DNA of 64,000 nt from Pseudomonadota bacterium. GTDB taxonomy: Bacteria; Desulfobacterota; Desulfobacteria; Desulfobacterales; RPRI01. The first letter of the stretch is position 1, and each line of letters starts with the position of its first letter. The stretch is taken from the NCBI GenBank assembly GCA_043825875.1, contig JBDRRF010000031.1:32001-96000 (forward strand), written 5' to 3'. The translations under genes were made by a program, and so were the position numbers. The notes under the pieces were generated by a model. It was not told the origin of the DNA. It saw only the letters and a list, made by a program, of their open reading frames with translations, and ran no database searches. Below, in pieces: positions 19,017 through 29,018 of the stretch.

Positions 19017-19598
19017 CTACACGTTTAATTTTTTCAGCAAAAAAGCCATATTTCGGCCAAGCACTTTCATGGTCCCAAGTCCCCTCTCATCTTTCTCAAC
19101 ATCTCCTTTATCATTACCCAGGGCCATGTTGAAATAGTTTGCTCCCACAATAAACATTTCAAGGCATAAGAAGAAAGAATCCATCATCATTAATGCCTGG
19201 GTCGTTCCACTTACAGTGCCTACGCTGACACTAGCACCAGCTTTATGCCTTAACAATCCGGGATTTGCATATGCTACCAGGCCTGCTCTGTCAATAAACG
19301 CCTTCATTTCTGTTGTAACATTGCTAAAATAGGTAGGAGAGCCCAATATTATTCCATCAGCTTTGATCATCTTTTCAATGCATTCGTTAATGAAATCATC
19401 AATTGACAAACATTTGTACTCATTCTCTTTCTGTTCAAAACACTTATAACAAGCTATGCATCCTTTGATATCCTTTCCGGCCAGATTGACTACCTCTGTT
19501 TCGATTCCTTCTTTTTCCAACTCCTCGAATACTGTTTTTATCAATATTGATGTATTACCGTTTTTTCTTGGACTGCCATTAAATGCAACAACCTTCAT
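19017..19598 (-). CDS. Iron-sulfur flavoprotein / flavodoxin-like (NADPH-dependent FMN reductase family), copy 1
   Basis: NGSPRKNGNT; CIACYKC...C; LGSPTYF; MKAFIDR; GGAGG RBS before ATG 19598. Confidence 0.9.
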   Translation of the reverse strand: MKVVAFNGSPRKNGNTSILIKTVFEELEKEGIETEVVNLAGKDIKGCIACYKCFEQKENEYKCLSIDDFINECIEKMIKADGIILGSPTYFSNVTTEMKAFIDRAGLVAYANPGLLRHKAGASVSVGTVSGTTQALMMMDSFFLCLEMFIVGANYFNMALGNDKGDVEKDERGLGTMKVLGRNMAFLLKKLNV

Positions 19599-19622
19599 TT
19601 TAACCTCCATTTTTGATTTCAG

Positions 19623-19764
19623 GAGCCACTTTCAAAACGTTTTAGTTTGGTCAAGGTCAAGGCGGGTTAAAATTTTAACCGCAGGAATACATGTAGTATT
19701 TCGAGGATTAAAATTTTATCCCAACGCAGAGATCGGCCAAAATGGGACGTTTTGAAACTGGCTC
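19623..19764 (-). mobile_element. 142-bp MITE, family A, copy 3 (TSD TCAG)
   Basis: Reverse orientation; TCAG at 19619-19622 and 19765-19768. Confidence 0.92.
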
Positions 19765-19887
19765 TCAGGTTTATGTTTAAAAAGCCTACACATGGCGGCA
19801 GATAAAATGCCGTCCTACTATTTATAAATAGGAAGGATATTTTCAATTTCAGCAATCAGGCATTTTTTAAAGATATATGAATACCGT

Positions 19888-20259
19888 TTACTTTTTAGCA
19901 GGGATTATTTCAAGCCAGTATCCATCCGGATCTTCAATGAAATATATTCCCATTTCCTGGTTTTCATAACAGATACAGCCCATTTTTTTATGTTTGCCGT
20001 AAGCAGCTTCATAATCATCTGCAACAAATGCGAGATGCAGATCATTATCACCGTGGTTGTATGCTCCTTCCCGATCGCTTAACCATGTGAGTTCAATCTG
20101 GTAGTTGTTGGCTCCATCAGAAATATACACGAGCTTAAATTTACCGTCAGTCTGATCATAAGTACGCACTTGGCGTAACCCGAGCGCTTCCTGATAAAAA
20201 GCCAGACTTTTCTCAAGATCAAGAACATTAATATTTGTATGTGCTAATTTGAATTTCAT
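19888..20259 (-). CDS. gloA: Lactoylglutathione lyase (glyoxalase I, VOC family)
   Basis: HTNINVLDLEKSLAFY; IELTW; HLAF; YFIEDPDGYWLE. Confidence 0.85.
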   Translation of the reverse strand: MKFKLAHTNINVLDLEKSLAFYQEALGLRQVRTYDQTDGKFKLVYISDGANNYQIELTWLSDREGAYNHGDNDLHLAFVADDYEAAYGKHKKMGCICYENQEMGIYFIEDPDGYWLEIIPAKK

Positions 20260-20605
20260 TTTTAATCCCTCAATCCGGTTAATGAATTCCTATTTTTGAT
20301 ATTATGCTACGTTCCAACATTTCCCAGCAAGCTATATTTCTTTCTGCTGCGTCAAAACTATTTCACGGAGTGGAGCAGTTACAAAATGCATCTTATAAAT
20401 AGCCTTATTGATTGTAACCTATGACATTCTATGATATTTGAAAAAAACTGGGATTTTAAATAAGCCTGTCCATAATATGCTGTTTTTGTATAAAATGTCA
20501 CCTGATAAAATATATTTATTAATAAGATATCTCAACTCAAAAATAAAATACTCCATATAATTGATAAATAAAATATTCCGTTAGCTTATTTTAGGAGAAA
20601 GCAAA

Positions 20606-22579
20606 ATGACAAAACTATACGGATATACAGGTAAAATCTTAAGTGTAGATTTATCGTCCGGAAAGCTTACCTCCATACCAACTATGAATTATGCGGATAA
20701 ATATATTGGAGGCAGGGGGATTGCTGCAAAGATTTTCTGGGATGAAGTGCCACCGGAAGTTGGTGCATTTGATCCCCAAAACCGCTTGATATTTATGACC
20801 GGTCCCCTTGCAGGAATTCCCGGATTAGGTGCATCAAGGTGGACAGTATGTAGTAAATCTCCTGTTACTATCCCAGACCATTTTACCTACAGTAATTTTG
20901 GAGGAAGATGGGGTGCTCAGCTGAAATTCGCCGGTTATGATGGGATTGTGGTTTATGGCAAATCTGATAAACCCGTTTATCTTTTCATCAAGGATGGCGT
21001 AGCCGGAATAAAAGACGCCTCTCATTTATGGGGCAAAAGTACTCTGGCAACACGGGAGATTTTGAAGGGAGAACTAGGAGAAAAAGTGGCCGTGGTCGCA
21101 TGTGGCCCTGCCGGTGAAAACGGCGTAGTCTTTTCTACTCTTATTGCTGATAACGATGCCAGCGGCGCCAAGGGCTTCGCATCAGTTATGGGGGCTAAAA
21201 ATCTCAAGGCCATTGCTGTTATGGGTACAACAAAACCCGTTGTAGCTGATCCAAAGAGATTAAACGATCTGAGAAGATATTTTTTTAAATTGTGGGAGGG
21301 TTCACGTGCTCTTAACGACAGAAGAGCTGAAATCGGCAAGCTGAAAAAGGATAACTGTTACGGCTGTATCGGTGTTTGCAACAGATCCAAACGCGAATTA
21401 GAAGACGGCACAATGCATAAATCGCTTTGTGCACCTCCTACCGTGTTTTATATTGTTGGTTCAATGTATTATGGCGATATGAATAAGATGCCGGCTAATG
21501 AAATTCCGATGCGCGCCGTTAAATTGCTTGATGAATATGGTATCGATGTTCATTCTCTCCTGCCTATAATGATGTGGATCTTAAGTTGTGCAAAGGCGGG
21601 TATCTTAACTGAAAAAGAAATAGGACTTCCACTATCTAAATTCGGTAGCCTGGAATTTATAGAAGCCTTATTAAAAATGATTTCATACAGGGAAGGCTTT
21701 GGAGATATTCTTGCACAAGGACTTTTTCAAGCAGCCGAATCTGTTGGAAAGGGATCTGTGGAAGTACTCGAAAATTTGCCGTTTGCTTTTGGCATGGACG
21801 CACGTCTCATGCCTTATTGTCCAAGACAGTTCCCCGCGCATGGTCTTTTATATGCAATGGAGCCAACGCTGCCGATAGAACAGGTGCATGAAACGGCATT
21901 TATGATTTACAAGTGGATTTTCTGGGCTGACAGAAATTATGCGGACAAAAAAAGTCTTATAACCTACAGCGGAAATCCTAATGTTTCCAGTGAAGTATTT
22001 CGCAAAGTCGCCAAAAGGTTTTGGGGAAGTACGCAGGCCGCTGATTTTTCCACCTATGAGGGTAAGGCAATGGCTGCAAAAATGATACAGGACAGGTCAT
22101 ATTTAAAAGAAAGCCTGGGTCTTTGCGAATGGCTCTGGCCGGCGTTGACGACTAATTCGGGGGATTACGTCGGAGACCCTTCCGTTGAAAGCAAGGTCTA
22201 CTCGGCTGTTACAGGAAACAATGTTGATGAACAAGAACTTTATCGTATCGGCGAAAGAATCTTTAATCTCAGAAGAGCAATAACTACAAGAGAAGGAAGA
22301 AAAGGAAGAATATATGATACTATTCCCCGGGCAATGTTTTCCGTTCCGCTGAAGGAAGGTACCGACAATCCCAGAGCGCTGGCGCCGGGAAAGGAGGGGG
22401 AAATCATTTCCATGACCGGTGCTGTTGTAGACAAAGATAAGTTTGAAACCTTGAAAGATGAATATTATCAACTCAGGGGCTGGGATGTGGCGACCGGTCT
22501 CCAGACAAAGGCCAAGCTGGAAGAGCTTGATCTTCAAGACGTAGCCAAGGATCTGACTCAAAGGGGGCTTTTGAGTTAA
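20606..22579 (+). CDS. Aldehyde:ferredoxin oxidoreductase family (tungsten pterin) protein
   Basis: GYTGKILSVDLS; IGGRG; LKFAGYDGIV; GPAGEN; VMGAKNLKAI; CYGCIGVC; SLGLC; YYQLRGWD. Confidence 0.9.
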   Translation: MTKLYGYTGKILSVDLSSGKLTSIPTMNYADKYIGGRGIAAKIFWDEVPPEVGAFDPQNRLIFMTGPLAGIPGLGASRWTVCSKSPVTIPDHFTYSNFGGRWGAQLKFAGYDGIVVYGKSDKPVYLFIKDGVAGIKDASHLWGKSTLATREILKGELGEKVAVVACGPAGENGVVFSTLIADNDASGAKGFASVMGAKNLKAIAVMGTTKPVVADPKRLNDLRRYFFKLWEGSRALNDRRAEIGKLKKDNCYGCIGVCNRSKRELEDGTMHKSLCAPPTVFYIVGSMYYGDMNKMPANEIPMRAVKLLDEYGIDVHSLLPIMMWILSCAKAGILTEKEIGLPLSKFGSLEFIEALLKMISYREGFGDILAQGLFQAAESVGKGSVEVLENLPFAFGMDARLMPYCPRQFPAHGLLYAMEPTLPIEQVHETAFMIYKWIFWADRNYADKKSLITYSGNPNVSSEVFRKVAKRFWGSTQAADFSTYEGKAMAAKMIQDRSYLKESLGLCEWLWPALTTNSGDYVGDPSVESKVYSAVTGNNVDEQELYRIGERIFNLRRAITTREGRKGRIYDTIPRAMFSVPLKEGTDNPRALAPGKEGEIISMTGAVVDKDKFETLKDEYYQLRGWDVATGLQTKAKLEELDLQDVAKDLTQRGLLS

Positions 22580-22609
22580 AGCTTTGCAATTTAAATGGAG
22601 GGCATGACA

Positions 22610-23668
22610 ATGACAAAGGAAAGAGAAGCCAAAAGTGATGTGGAGTTAAGTGAAGAGATGAGTCACGCGGGGGAGTTGCGCCCGGGCGGTGACTTTCATG
22701 AGGTTCACGCCCAACTTTTCATGGGCGAGTCCCAGGGCTATGACATCTGTTTGGTGCCCAATGCCTGGCATGTTGGGGGTGGGAAAAAGGGAAAGTGGCG
22801 TGTTGATGACGCAATGATTTGCCAAACCACTTTTATTATAGTCCCAAAGGATTATCGGGGCAAGATGCATGATAACGACTTTATCAGTAACCGCCAGGAT
22901 GCCACCGAGTGGCAGGATGATGTTCGAATAGAAGAAAAGGGCGAAAGCGTAATCTGGCATGCGGGTAACCGCCAATACATCTCCCGCCCGCCTTATTGGG
23001 AGGTTAAAGGTGAGCATATGGGCGTGGATTGCGATTTGATTCTTGGAGGTCTGGGGAACACTACGCGAACCTTCGGAGCATGGTCTGACTTGAACAAGAA
23101 CGGGAAGGCCGGATACGACCATCGTTGTTGGGCTGAGGGCACAATAACCGTTGGAGGAAAGAAGCATACCCTTGAAAAGGGATTTGGCATCCACGAACTC
23201 ATGGCCTTCGGCAATTCATGGGATCAAATGGTAATCATGCGCAATCCCTATTACTGGATAGTCTCTATGAATGAATCAATGCAGATATATCTTGTGAATG
23301 TACCCGGTCTTGGTTTCAGTTATGGCCGCGTTTATCTGGATGACAAGGAGATCCCTTTTGGAAAGGGTGAAGTAACCATAGATGAGCTGGAGCTATGGAT
23401 TGACCCTAAGACAGGCATGCAAGCTCCAATCCGTTGGCATCTTAATATGAATTCTGCGCATGGCGTTTTGGACATGGAGATGACCGCCTACGCGAGGGGC
23501 TTGTACTGCGTCATGACTAGTGGGGGCTATACCATGCGCAATTGCTTTATGATACGCAGCAACGGTCGGTTTTTTCTTCCTACCGGACAAAGTGTTCCCA
23601 TTCAAGATATGATGACGTATATGGAATGGGGCAGATCCGCCATGCCTCTGGAAGGAGGAACAACTTAA
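22610..23668 (+). CDS. Hypothetical beta-rich protein (AttH/CrtC/tocopherol-cyclase-like fold suspected)
   Basis: Trp-rich, AEGTITVGG and WIDPKTG..P..W.L motifs; co-oriented within the AOR operon; visibly higher GC. Confidence 0.5.
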   Translation: MTKEREAKSDVELSEEMSHAGELRPGGDFHEVHAQLFMGESQGYDICLVPNAWHVGGGKKGKWRVDDAMICQTTFIIVPKDYRGKMHDNDFISNRQDATEWQDDVRIEEKGESVIWHAGNRQYISRPPYWEVKGEHMGVDCDLILGGLGNTTRTFGAWSDLNKNGKAGYDHRCWAEGTITVGGKKHTLEKGFGIHELMAFGNSWDQMVIMRNPYYWIVSMNESMQIYLVNVPGLGFSYGRVYLDDKEIPFGKGEVTIDELELWIDPKTGMQAPIRWHLNMNSAHGVLDMEMTAYARGLYCVMTSGGYTMRNCFMIRSNGRFFLPTGQSVPIQDMMTYMEWGRSAMPLEGGTT

Positions 23669-23710
23669 TACGGATTACATCTCATACTGTTGATATATGG
23701 AGAAAAGTAA

Positions 23711-24976
23711 ATGAGTTTTTCAAATGAGAAAGAACTTGAAATGGTTTTCAAGTACCCTCTGTTTGAGGCATTGGCGCACCGTAGAACGAGAAGGTTTCCC
23801 TTAGGGGGCACTCTTGCTAAAGGCTTGTTGCAACATAGTTCACAGCAAGAACCGCTGCCGCTAAATGATCTCGAAACAGCTTTGTTATGCTGGGCCGGAG
23901 CCGGTATAAACGGAACGGTTACCGGTGATTCCCCCACAGATATCGAGGACCAGGGAACTGCATGGGGAACATGGGTGGGAAGAACTGTTCCGGCAGCCTG
24001 TAATGTACAAAACACCAAGATCTTCTTTACAAACGATACGGGAACTTTTTTATACAATCCCCAAAAAGCCACCAAAGCAGTAGAAATTGAGACCGAGAAA
24101 GACCGGCAAAAAATCATGAACTATTTTAAAAATGATTGTGTCAAACTTTTCGATGGAAGAGCGGAATTTATTCCTGCCGGAGGTTATGGTGCGACAAATT
24201 GGAATATAGGCAAGCCGGGGACTACTGTTTTCATGCCCATAGTAGACCAGTCTGAAGAGTATCTTAATGTTTTGTTTGTTCTTTTTCAAAGTGAAGGTTA
24301 CAAAATAATAAATGACCTAAAGGGAGGAGAACCGGCAGGTATAGGAAAGTGGATTGAAAAAGGTGCAATCAAAGGTCCGGAAGTTCCTTTTTCTTCTTTT
24401 GAGTTCAATGCCCTGATGATCAATATTGCCCCGGTTTACGCTATGCTTCAGAACATAAGTCTGGCTGCCGAAGCAATGGGGCTTGGTCAGGTTGTATTCG
24501 CAGGTCATTCGGGAGTCATGATGCTCGGAATTACTCCGTTTACAAAAGGCCTTGGATTTCGATCCGCAAAAACCAAAGATGGAAATCTAAATGCTGTGGG
24601 GTTGGATGGTATTTTCCAGCCATACTGTCCGCCCTATTACAAGGATATGGGAGAGGCTGTGGATGCTTTTGTAGAAAAGAAGTTCGGTCATGGCGGAATA
24701 TTTGATTCGAATTATCCAGGTGCGGTACCGTTTAAAGATGATAAAGAGTTTCTTGCCAAATATGAAAAACCGTCTTCAGAGGTAATAAATATCGTAAAAG
24801 ACTATGCAAATTATGTATACGACAATTACGGCAGATTCCCCGGAACCTTTGATACTATACTTTTAAGGACGTGGATACAGGTTCATCATCTGGATCTGGA
24901 ATTTTACGACAAGCATATGGTTCCAGGCCTGATAAATGATACACACCGAAGCCATATGAAACATTGGCATAAATAA
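23711..24976 (+). CDS. Nitroreductase-like (FMN-binding) uncharacterised protein
   Basis: ALAHRRTRRF; PLPL...E...L.WAGAG; RTVPAA; MLQNISLAAEAMGLG. Confidence 0.65.
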   Translation: MSFSNEKELEMVFKYPLFEALAHRRTRRFPLGGTLAKGLLQHSSQQEPLPLNDLETALLCWAGAGINGTVTGDSPTDIEDQGTAWGTWVGRTVPAACNVQNTKIFFTNDTGTFLYNPQKATKAVEIETEKDRQKIMNYFKNDCVKLFDGRAEFIPAGGYGATNWNIGKPGTTVFMPIVDQSEEYLNVLFVLFQSEGYKIINDLKGGEPAGIGKWIEKGAIKGPEVPFSSFEFNALMINIAPVYAMLQNISLAAEAMGLGQVVFAGHSGVMMLGITPFTKGLGFRSAKTKDGNLNAVGLDGIFQPYCPPYYKDMGEAVDAFVEKKFGHGGIFDSNYPGAVPFKDDKEFLAKYEKPSSEVINIVKDYANYVYDNYGRFPGTFDTILLRTWIQVHHLDLEFYDKHMVPGLINDTHRSHMKHWHK

Positions 24977-25155
24977 CTGACATTTCCCAAAGCAACGTAA
25001 AATCTGAGCTTTTTGATTGAAAGGAATAAACTTTTTTAGTTTTTTAAATTGACGCTGTGTGTTTAATTAATTCCTGTTAAAGAACGGGTATTATTGCTGT
25101 AAGTAAAGATAAAATTACAACCTGCCATTTTATGCCAAATAATAAATAGTTAAGA

Positions 25156-25297
25156 GAGCCAGTTTCAAAACGTCCCATTTTGGCCGATCTCTGCGTTGGG
25201 CTCAAATTTCAATCCTCGAAATACTAAATGTATTCCTGTGGTTGAAATTTTCTCCCGCCTTGAGCTTGACCAAACTGAAACGTTTTGAAAGTGGCTC
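25156..25297 (+). mobile_element. 142-bp MITE, family A, copy 4 (TSD AAGA)
   Basis: Same TIRs; AAGA at 25152-25155 and 25298-25301; element end supplies part of the neighbour's stop codon. Confidence 0.92.
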
Positions 25298-26066
25298 AAG
25301 ATCTTGGCCTTTTAGCTCCTCTGTTAGCTCGATCATTCTTCGAATCTTTCTTGTTTGGCAGGCGCGGCTCGCCACCACCAGGGGGCAGAAGCTTCTTGTC
25401 CTCCGAAACAACCCATACAAAACGCGACTGCGCTTTACTTCCTTTATAGGCCGGAACCCTGAAACGGCGCACATGGAATCCGCACCAAATCAAGAGCCGC
25501 TCGAATTTCTTATTCGGCTCGGCCGACCACACAGACAGGCACCCCTGTTCGCTCAATGCATGACGGCAGGCCATGATTCCTTCACTGCTGTATAAACGCC
25601 GATTACGTGAATCAGTTATTGCACTGGGGCCATTATCGATATCTATCAGAATCGCATCGAATCTGCTTTTAGAACCTGAGATAAGCTCAACAATATCTCC
25701 CGTCTCAATAGTAACCCGTTCGTCCTTTAGGGGATGGTCGTTTAGTTTTCCGAAATACTCACGATTCCATTCTACTACAGCACCCAACAGTTCACCCACC
25801 AATACTTTGGCGTTGGGGTTAAGCATATCGAGAGCCTGGCGCAAAGTATAGCCCATACCCAAGCCACCGATTAGTATTCTGGGAGCCTTCTGACCAACCA
25901 GATGCGCACAACCCAGTCGCGCCAGCTCCAGTTCCGACTCATTTTGGCGGCTGTGCATCAAATCATGGCCGTTGATATGGATAGAGAAATCCAGACCATG
26001 CTGATAAAGCACCATCTCGCCTCCATCCGGGGTCCGGGTTGTATCTATTTTTACTCTCGGGTTCAT
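25296..26066 (-). CDS. Spermidine-synthase-like SAM-dependent methyltransferase-fold protein
   Basis: LMHSR...SELELA; ILIGGLGMGYTL; FDAILIDIDNGP; SVWSA. Confidence 0.8.
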   Translation of the reverse strand: MNPRVKIDTTRTPDGGEMVLYQHGLDFSIHINGHDLMHSRQNESELELARLGCAHLVGQKAPRILIGGLGMGYTLRQALDMLNPNAKVLVGELLGAVVEWNREYFGKLNDHPLKDERVTIETGDIVELISGSKSRFDAILIDIDNGPSAITDSRNRRLYSSEGIMACRHALSEQGCLSVWSAEPNKKFERLLIWCGFHVRRFRVPAYKGSKAQSRFVWVVSEDKKLLPPGGGEPRLPNKKDSKNDRANRGAKRPRS

Positions 26067-26098
26067 ATTGAAATCCTATTTTTTACAAGTTATTCATT

Positions 26099-26674
26099 CT
26101 ATCCGTTTAATTTTTTAAGAAGTAAAGCCATGTTCTGACCAAGCACTTTCATGATCTGTAATCCCCATGCATCTTTCTCAACATCTCCTTTTTCCATGCC
26201 CAGAGCCATATTAGGGTAATTTGATCCCACAATAAACATTTCATGGGATAAAAACAAAGTGTTCATCATCATCAATGCTTGAGTTGCTCCGGTTCTATTG
26301 GCTACAGATACGCTTGCACCTACCTTATGCCTCAATATTCCGGCATTTGCAAATGCTACCATTCCGGCTCTGTCAATCAATGCTTTCATTTCTGTTGAGA
26401 CATTGCAAAAATAGGTGGGAGAACCCAATAGAATACCATCGGCCTTGATCATCTTTTTAATGCATACATTAATAAAATCATCAATTGCCACACATTTGAA
26501 GTTTTTCTTTTCAAGGCACTTGAAACAAGCTACGCATCCTTTGATATCCTTTCCGGCCAGTTGTACTATTTCTGTTTCAATTCCTTCATTTTCGATTTCC
26601 TCTAATACTGTTTTAATCAGGATTGACGTATTACCCTTTTTTCTGGGACTACCGTTAAATGCAACAACCTTCAT
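26099..26674 (-). CDS. Iron-sulfur flavoprotein / flavodoxin-like, copy 2
   Basis: NGSPRKKGNT; CVACFKC...C; LGSPTYF; close paralogue of 19017-19598. Confidence 0.9.
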   Translation of the reverse strand: MKVVAFNGSPRKKGNTSILIKTVLEEIENEGIETEIVQLAGKDIKGCVACFKCLEKKNFKCVAIDDFINVCIKKMIKADGILLGSPTYFCNVSTEMKALIDRAGMVAFANAGILRHKVGASVSVANRTGATQALMMMNTLFLSHEMFIVGSNYPNMALGMEKGDVEKDAWGLQIMKVLGQNMALLLKKLNG

Positions 26675-26750
26675 TTTAACCTCCATTTTTGATTGCCGAT
26701 TTTGAGAGTGATTCATTTGAAAGTATATCAATCACCCTATCCCGCAACGA

Positions 26751-26879
26751 CTATAACTGCGACTCTATCTGTTTGACGCTTTTGTCAAGTACCTGTGTAC
26801 GCTGTCCGGTTGTGGCTTTGAATTCAATACGCTCAGATTCGCCTAACGCAACCAGTCTTTTTAATTCTCTTAGATTTAT
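26751..26879 (-). pseudogene. Truncated N-terminal fragment of AlbA_2/Schlafen-domain protein
   Basis: Translates (ATA start) INLRELKRLVALGESERIEFKATTGQRT, then diverges and stops; GESE.IEFK is the AlbA_2 signature. Confidence 0.55.
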
Positions 26880-27064
26880 AATCCGTTTCTGCTATTCCCC
26901 GGTATTTTGCTAAATTTGTTACAACTGATTTTTTGGCCATCGTAATCTGATAATATGAGAGTATTTAAAAAGTCATTTACAGCATTTTTTTTATCATCCA
27001 TCATAAAAACAAAACTATCAAAGAGAAAATTTCAAACTGGCGTTTTATACCGAATAGTAAATAG

Positions 27065-27490
27065 TTAAGATCCGACTCTGTCAGCTTTCTTAATTGAATT
27101 ATAATCTGGTTTATATAATATGTTATCTTTTTTAAATTTTATTTTTAAGCCTTTTTGCAAAATGAATACAGGAGGCAAGGATGTAACCACCTCACCTATA
27201 AAAACATTATTTTCTTTCATAATTATTTTTAAATCAAGATAACCACTTTCATATTCAACTTCATTATCAATTGGTTCAGATATTGCAAAAAATGCTCTCG
27301 TACTATAAATATTTCCCACTACAATTTCAAAGTTTCGATTGAAACTTGACAGTTTCGGTATTAATTTCAACAACTGTTTTGGGTAGTAATTCTTTGCCTT
27401 AGCTTTGCTTAAATCAAAGATGTGATATCTGTTTTTTATCAGATCTACTTGGAATAAATTTGGAATAGATATTTTTCGATTGTCTTCCAT
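27065..27490 (-). CDS. Hypothetical protein
   Basis: AT-rich ORF of about 141 aa, no recognised motif. Confidence 0.5.
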   Translation of the reverse strand: MEDNRKISIPNLFQVDLIKNRYHIFDLSKAKAKNYYPKQLLKLIPKLSSFNRNFEIVVGNIYSTRAFFAISEPIDNEVEYESGYLDLKIIMKENNVFIGEVVTSLPPVFILQKGLKIKFKKDNILYKPDYNSIKKADRVGS

Positions 27491-27715
27491 TATAATATTA
27501 CCCACGATTAATACTGATAAGTAAAGCCAATACTTCCGAATATGTTTGCGTTTGATCAATTAAGTATTGGTGAAAATCCATAGTTTCAAGTTAACCAGTT
27601 AAGAGCGTCCGCTCTCCCGACATTATATACAAATAACGTGTACATAAAATTAAATAATTTGGACACGTTTTATTGTCATATCCACAACATGGACATGTTA
27701 TTTTGAGAGAATCTT

Positions 27716-27787
27716 AAATATGCACTGCAATAGTGCATATTTTTCTAATATGCACTGATTATGCAAAAATCAGTGCATATTAGAAAA
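27716..27787. repeat. Tandem pair of perfect hairpins built from AATATGCACT at the fic 3' end
   Basis: 11-bp IR 27716-27742 and 20-bp IR 27741-27787 overlapping the fic stop. Confidence 0.8.
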
Positions 27788-28870
27788 GGTCTTAAACAAA
27801 TCATATAATCCGGTATTTATATAAAAAACATCCCGTCCAACCTTTTTTCTTTTTAAAATATTAATTGATTCAAGTTGGTTAAGATATCTTCCGGCTACAT
27901 TGCGGGAGGCAATATTCTTTCCCACCAAATGGTCTATTCTCGTATATACATTGGTAAAAAGTATTTCCACAAGTTCATGGGAATATACTTTTGGTAGTTT
28001 GTTTTGTATAGATTTACGGACATTTTCCATGAGCGTCACAATCTCTTTACTTAACCCCAAAGTGAAACAGGCTGTTTTTTCGACAGCCGTAAGCATAAAG
28101 TATATCCACTCTTCCCAACTATTTTCAGTAGTTACCTTTCTGAGTAACCTATAATAATCGTCTTTATGCTGAATAATATAACGGCTTAAATACAAAAGAG
28201 GTTCTGAAAGCAATCCTTTCATCACCAGATAGAGAACATTTATAATTCGTCCGGTTCTTCCGTTCCCGTCATAAAAAGGATGAATTGATTCAAACTGATA
28301 ATGAATAATGGCCAGCTTGATTAAGGGATGAAGGGTTTCTGTTTCCGTATTGATATATGTCTCAAGATTTGCAAGTAAATCCCGGATTGTTTTTTCATTT
28401 TCCGGCGGGGTATACATCACCTTACCGGTCTTGTCATTAACCAGTTTTGTCCCTGGAAGCTTTCTGATACCAGCCTTGTTTTGCTCCAGCTCTTCCTGGA
28501 CATTGACAATCGTATTGGTGGTTAACAGATTGTGTTCCTTTACCAGATGGAAGCCTTTGTAAAGGGCGCTGCGATAATTCAGGACTTCTTTTACCGCCGG
28601 TTCCGCTATTTTTCTATTGTCCGCCAATGCCCGGAACAATTGATCATGGGTTGTTACAATATTTTCTATTTCCGAGCTGTCTTTTGCTTCCTGCAATATA
28701 ATTGAATTAATAATAATGGCTTTGTTAGGCAGAAGTTCGGCATATCCTCTCAGCTCCGCAAGGAACTGGCTGGCAACCACTAGTTTTTTTAACACCTCTT
28801 TGGTTTCGATCTCCGCCTTTGGCGGCAAAAGAGGAAGATCGTTATAAGGTTTTTCCGGATCAAAACTCAT
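27770..28870 (-). CDS. Fic/DOC family protein (Fic_N + Fic + C-terminal HTH)
   Basis: HPFYDGNGRTGR catalytic motif; SSEIEN inhibitory motif; PYNDLPLLPP N-terminus. Confidence 0.92.
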   Translation of the reverse strand: MSFDPEKPYNDLPLLPPKAEIETKEVLKKLVVASQFLAELRGYAELLPNKAIIINSIILQEAKDSSEIENIVTTHDQLFRALADNRKIAEPAVKEVLNYRSALYKGFHLVKEHNLLTTNTIVNVQEELEQNKAGIRKLPGTKLVNDKTGKVMYTPPENEKTIRDLLANLETYINTETETLHPLIKLAIIHYQFESIHPFYDGNGRTGRIINVLYLVMKGLLSEPLLYLSRYIIQHKDDYYRLLRKVTTENSWEEWIYFMLTAVEKTACFTLGLSKEIVTLMENVRKSIQNKLPKVYSHELVEILFTNVYTRIDHLVGKNIASRNVAGRYLNQLESINILKRKKVGRDVFYINTGLYDLFKTFSNMH

Positions 28871-29018
28871 GATTTCGGCTCCTGAAAGTCAAATATTTCA
28901 CATTGCATAAAATCATCGGTGTTATTACTTCCCCCAAGTTTTTGTCTTGTTGATGCATACAAGTTGTATGCCTTATAACTGTTTTATTTCAGTCAAATTT
29001 TAAAGTGGAACCCCCAGT

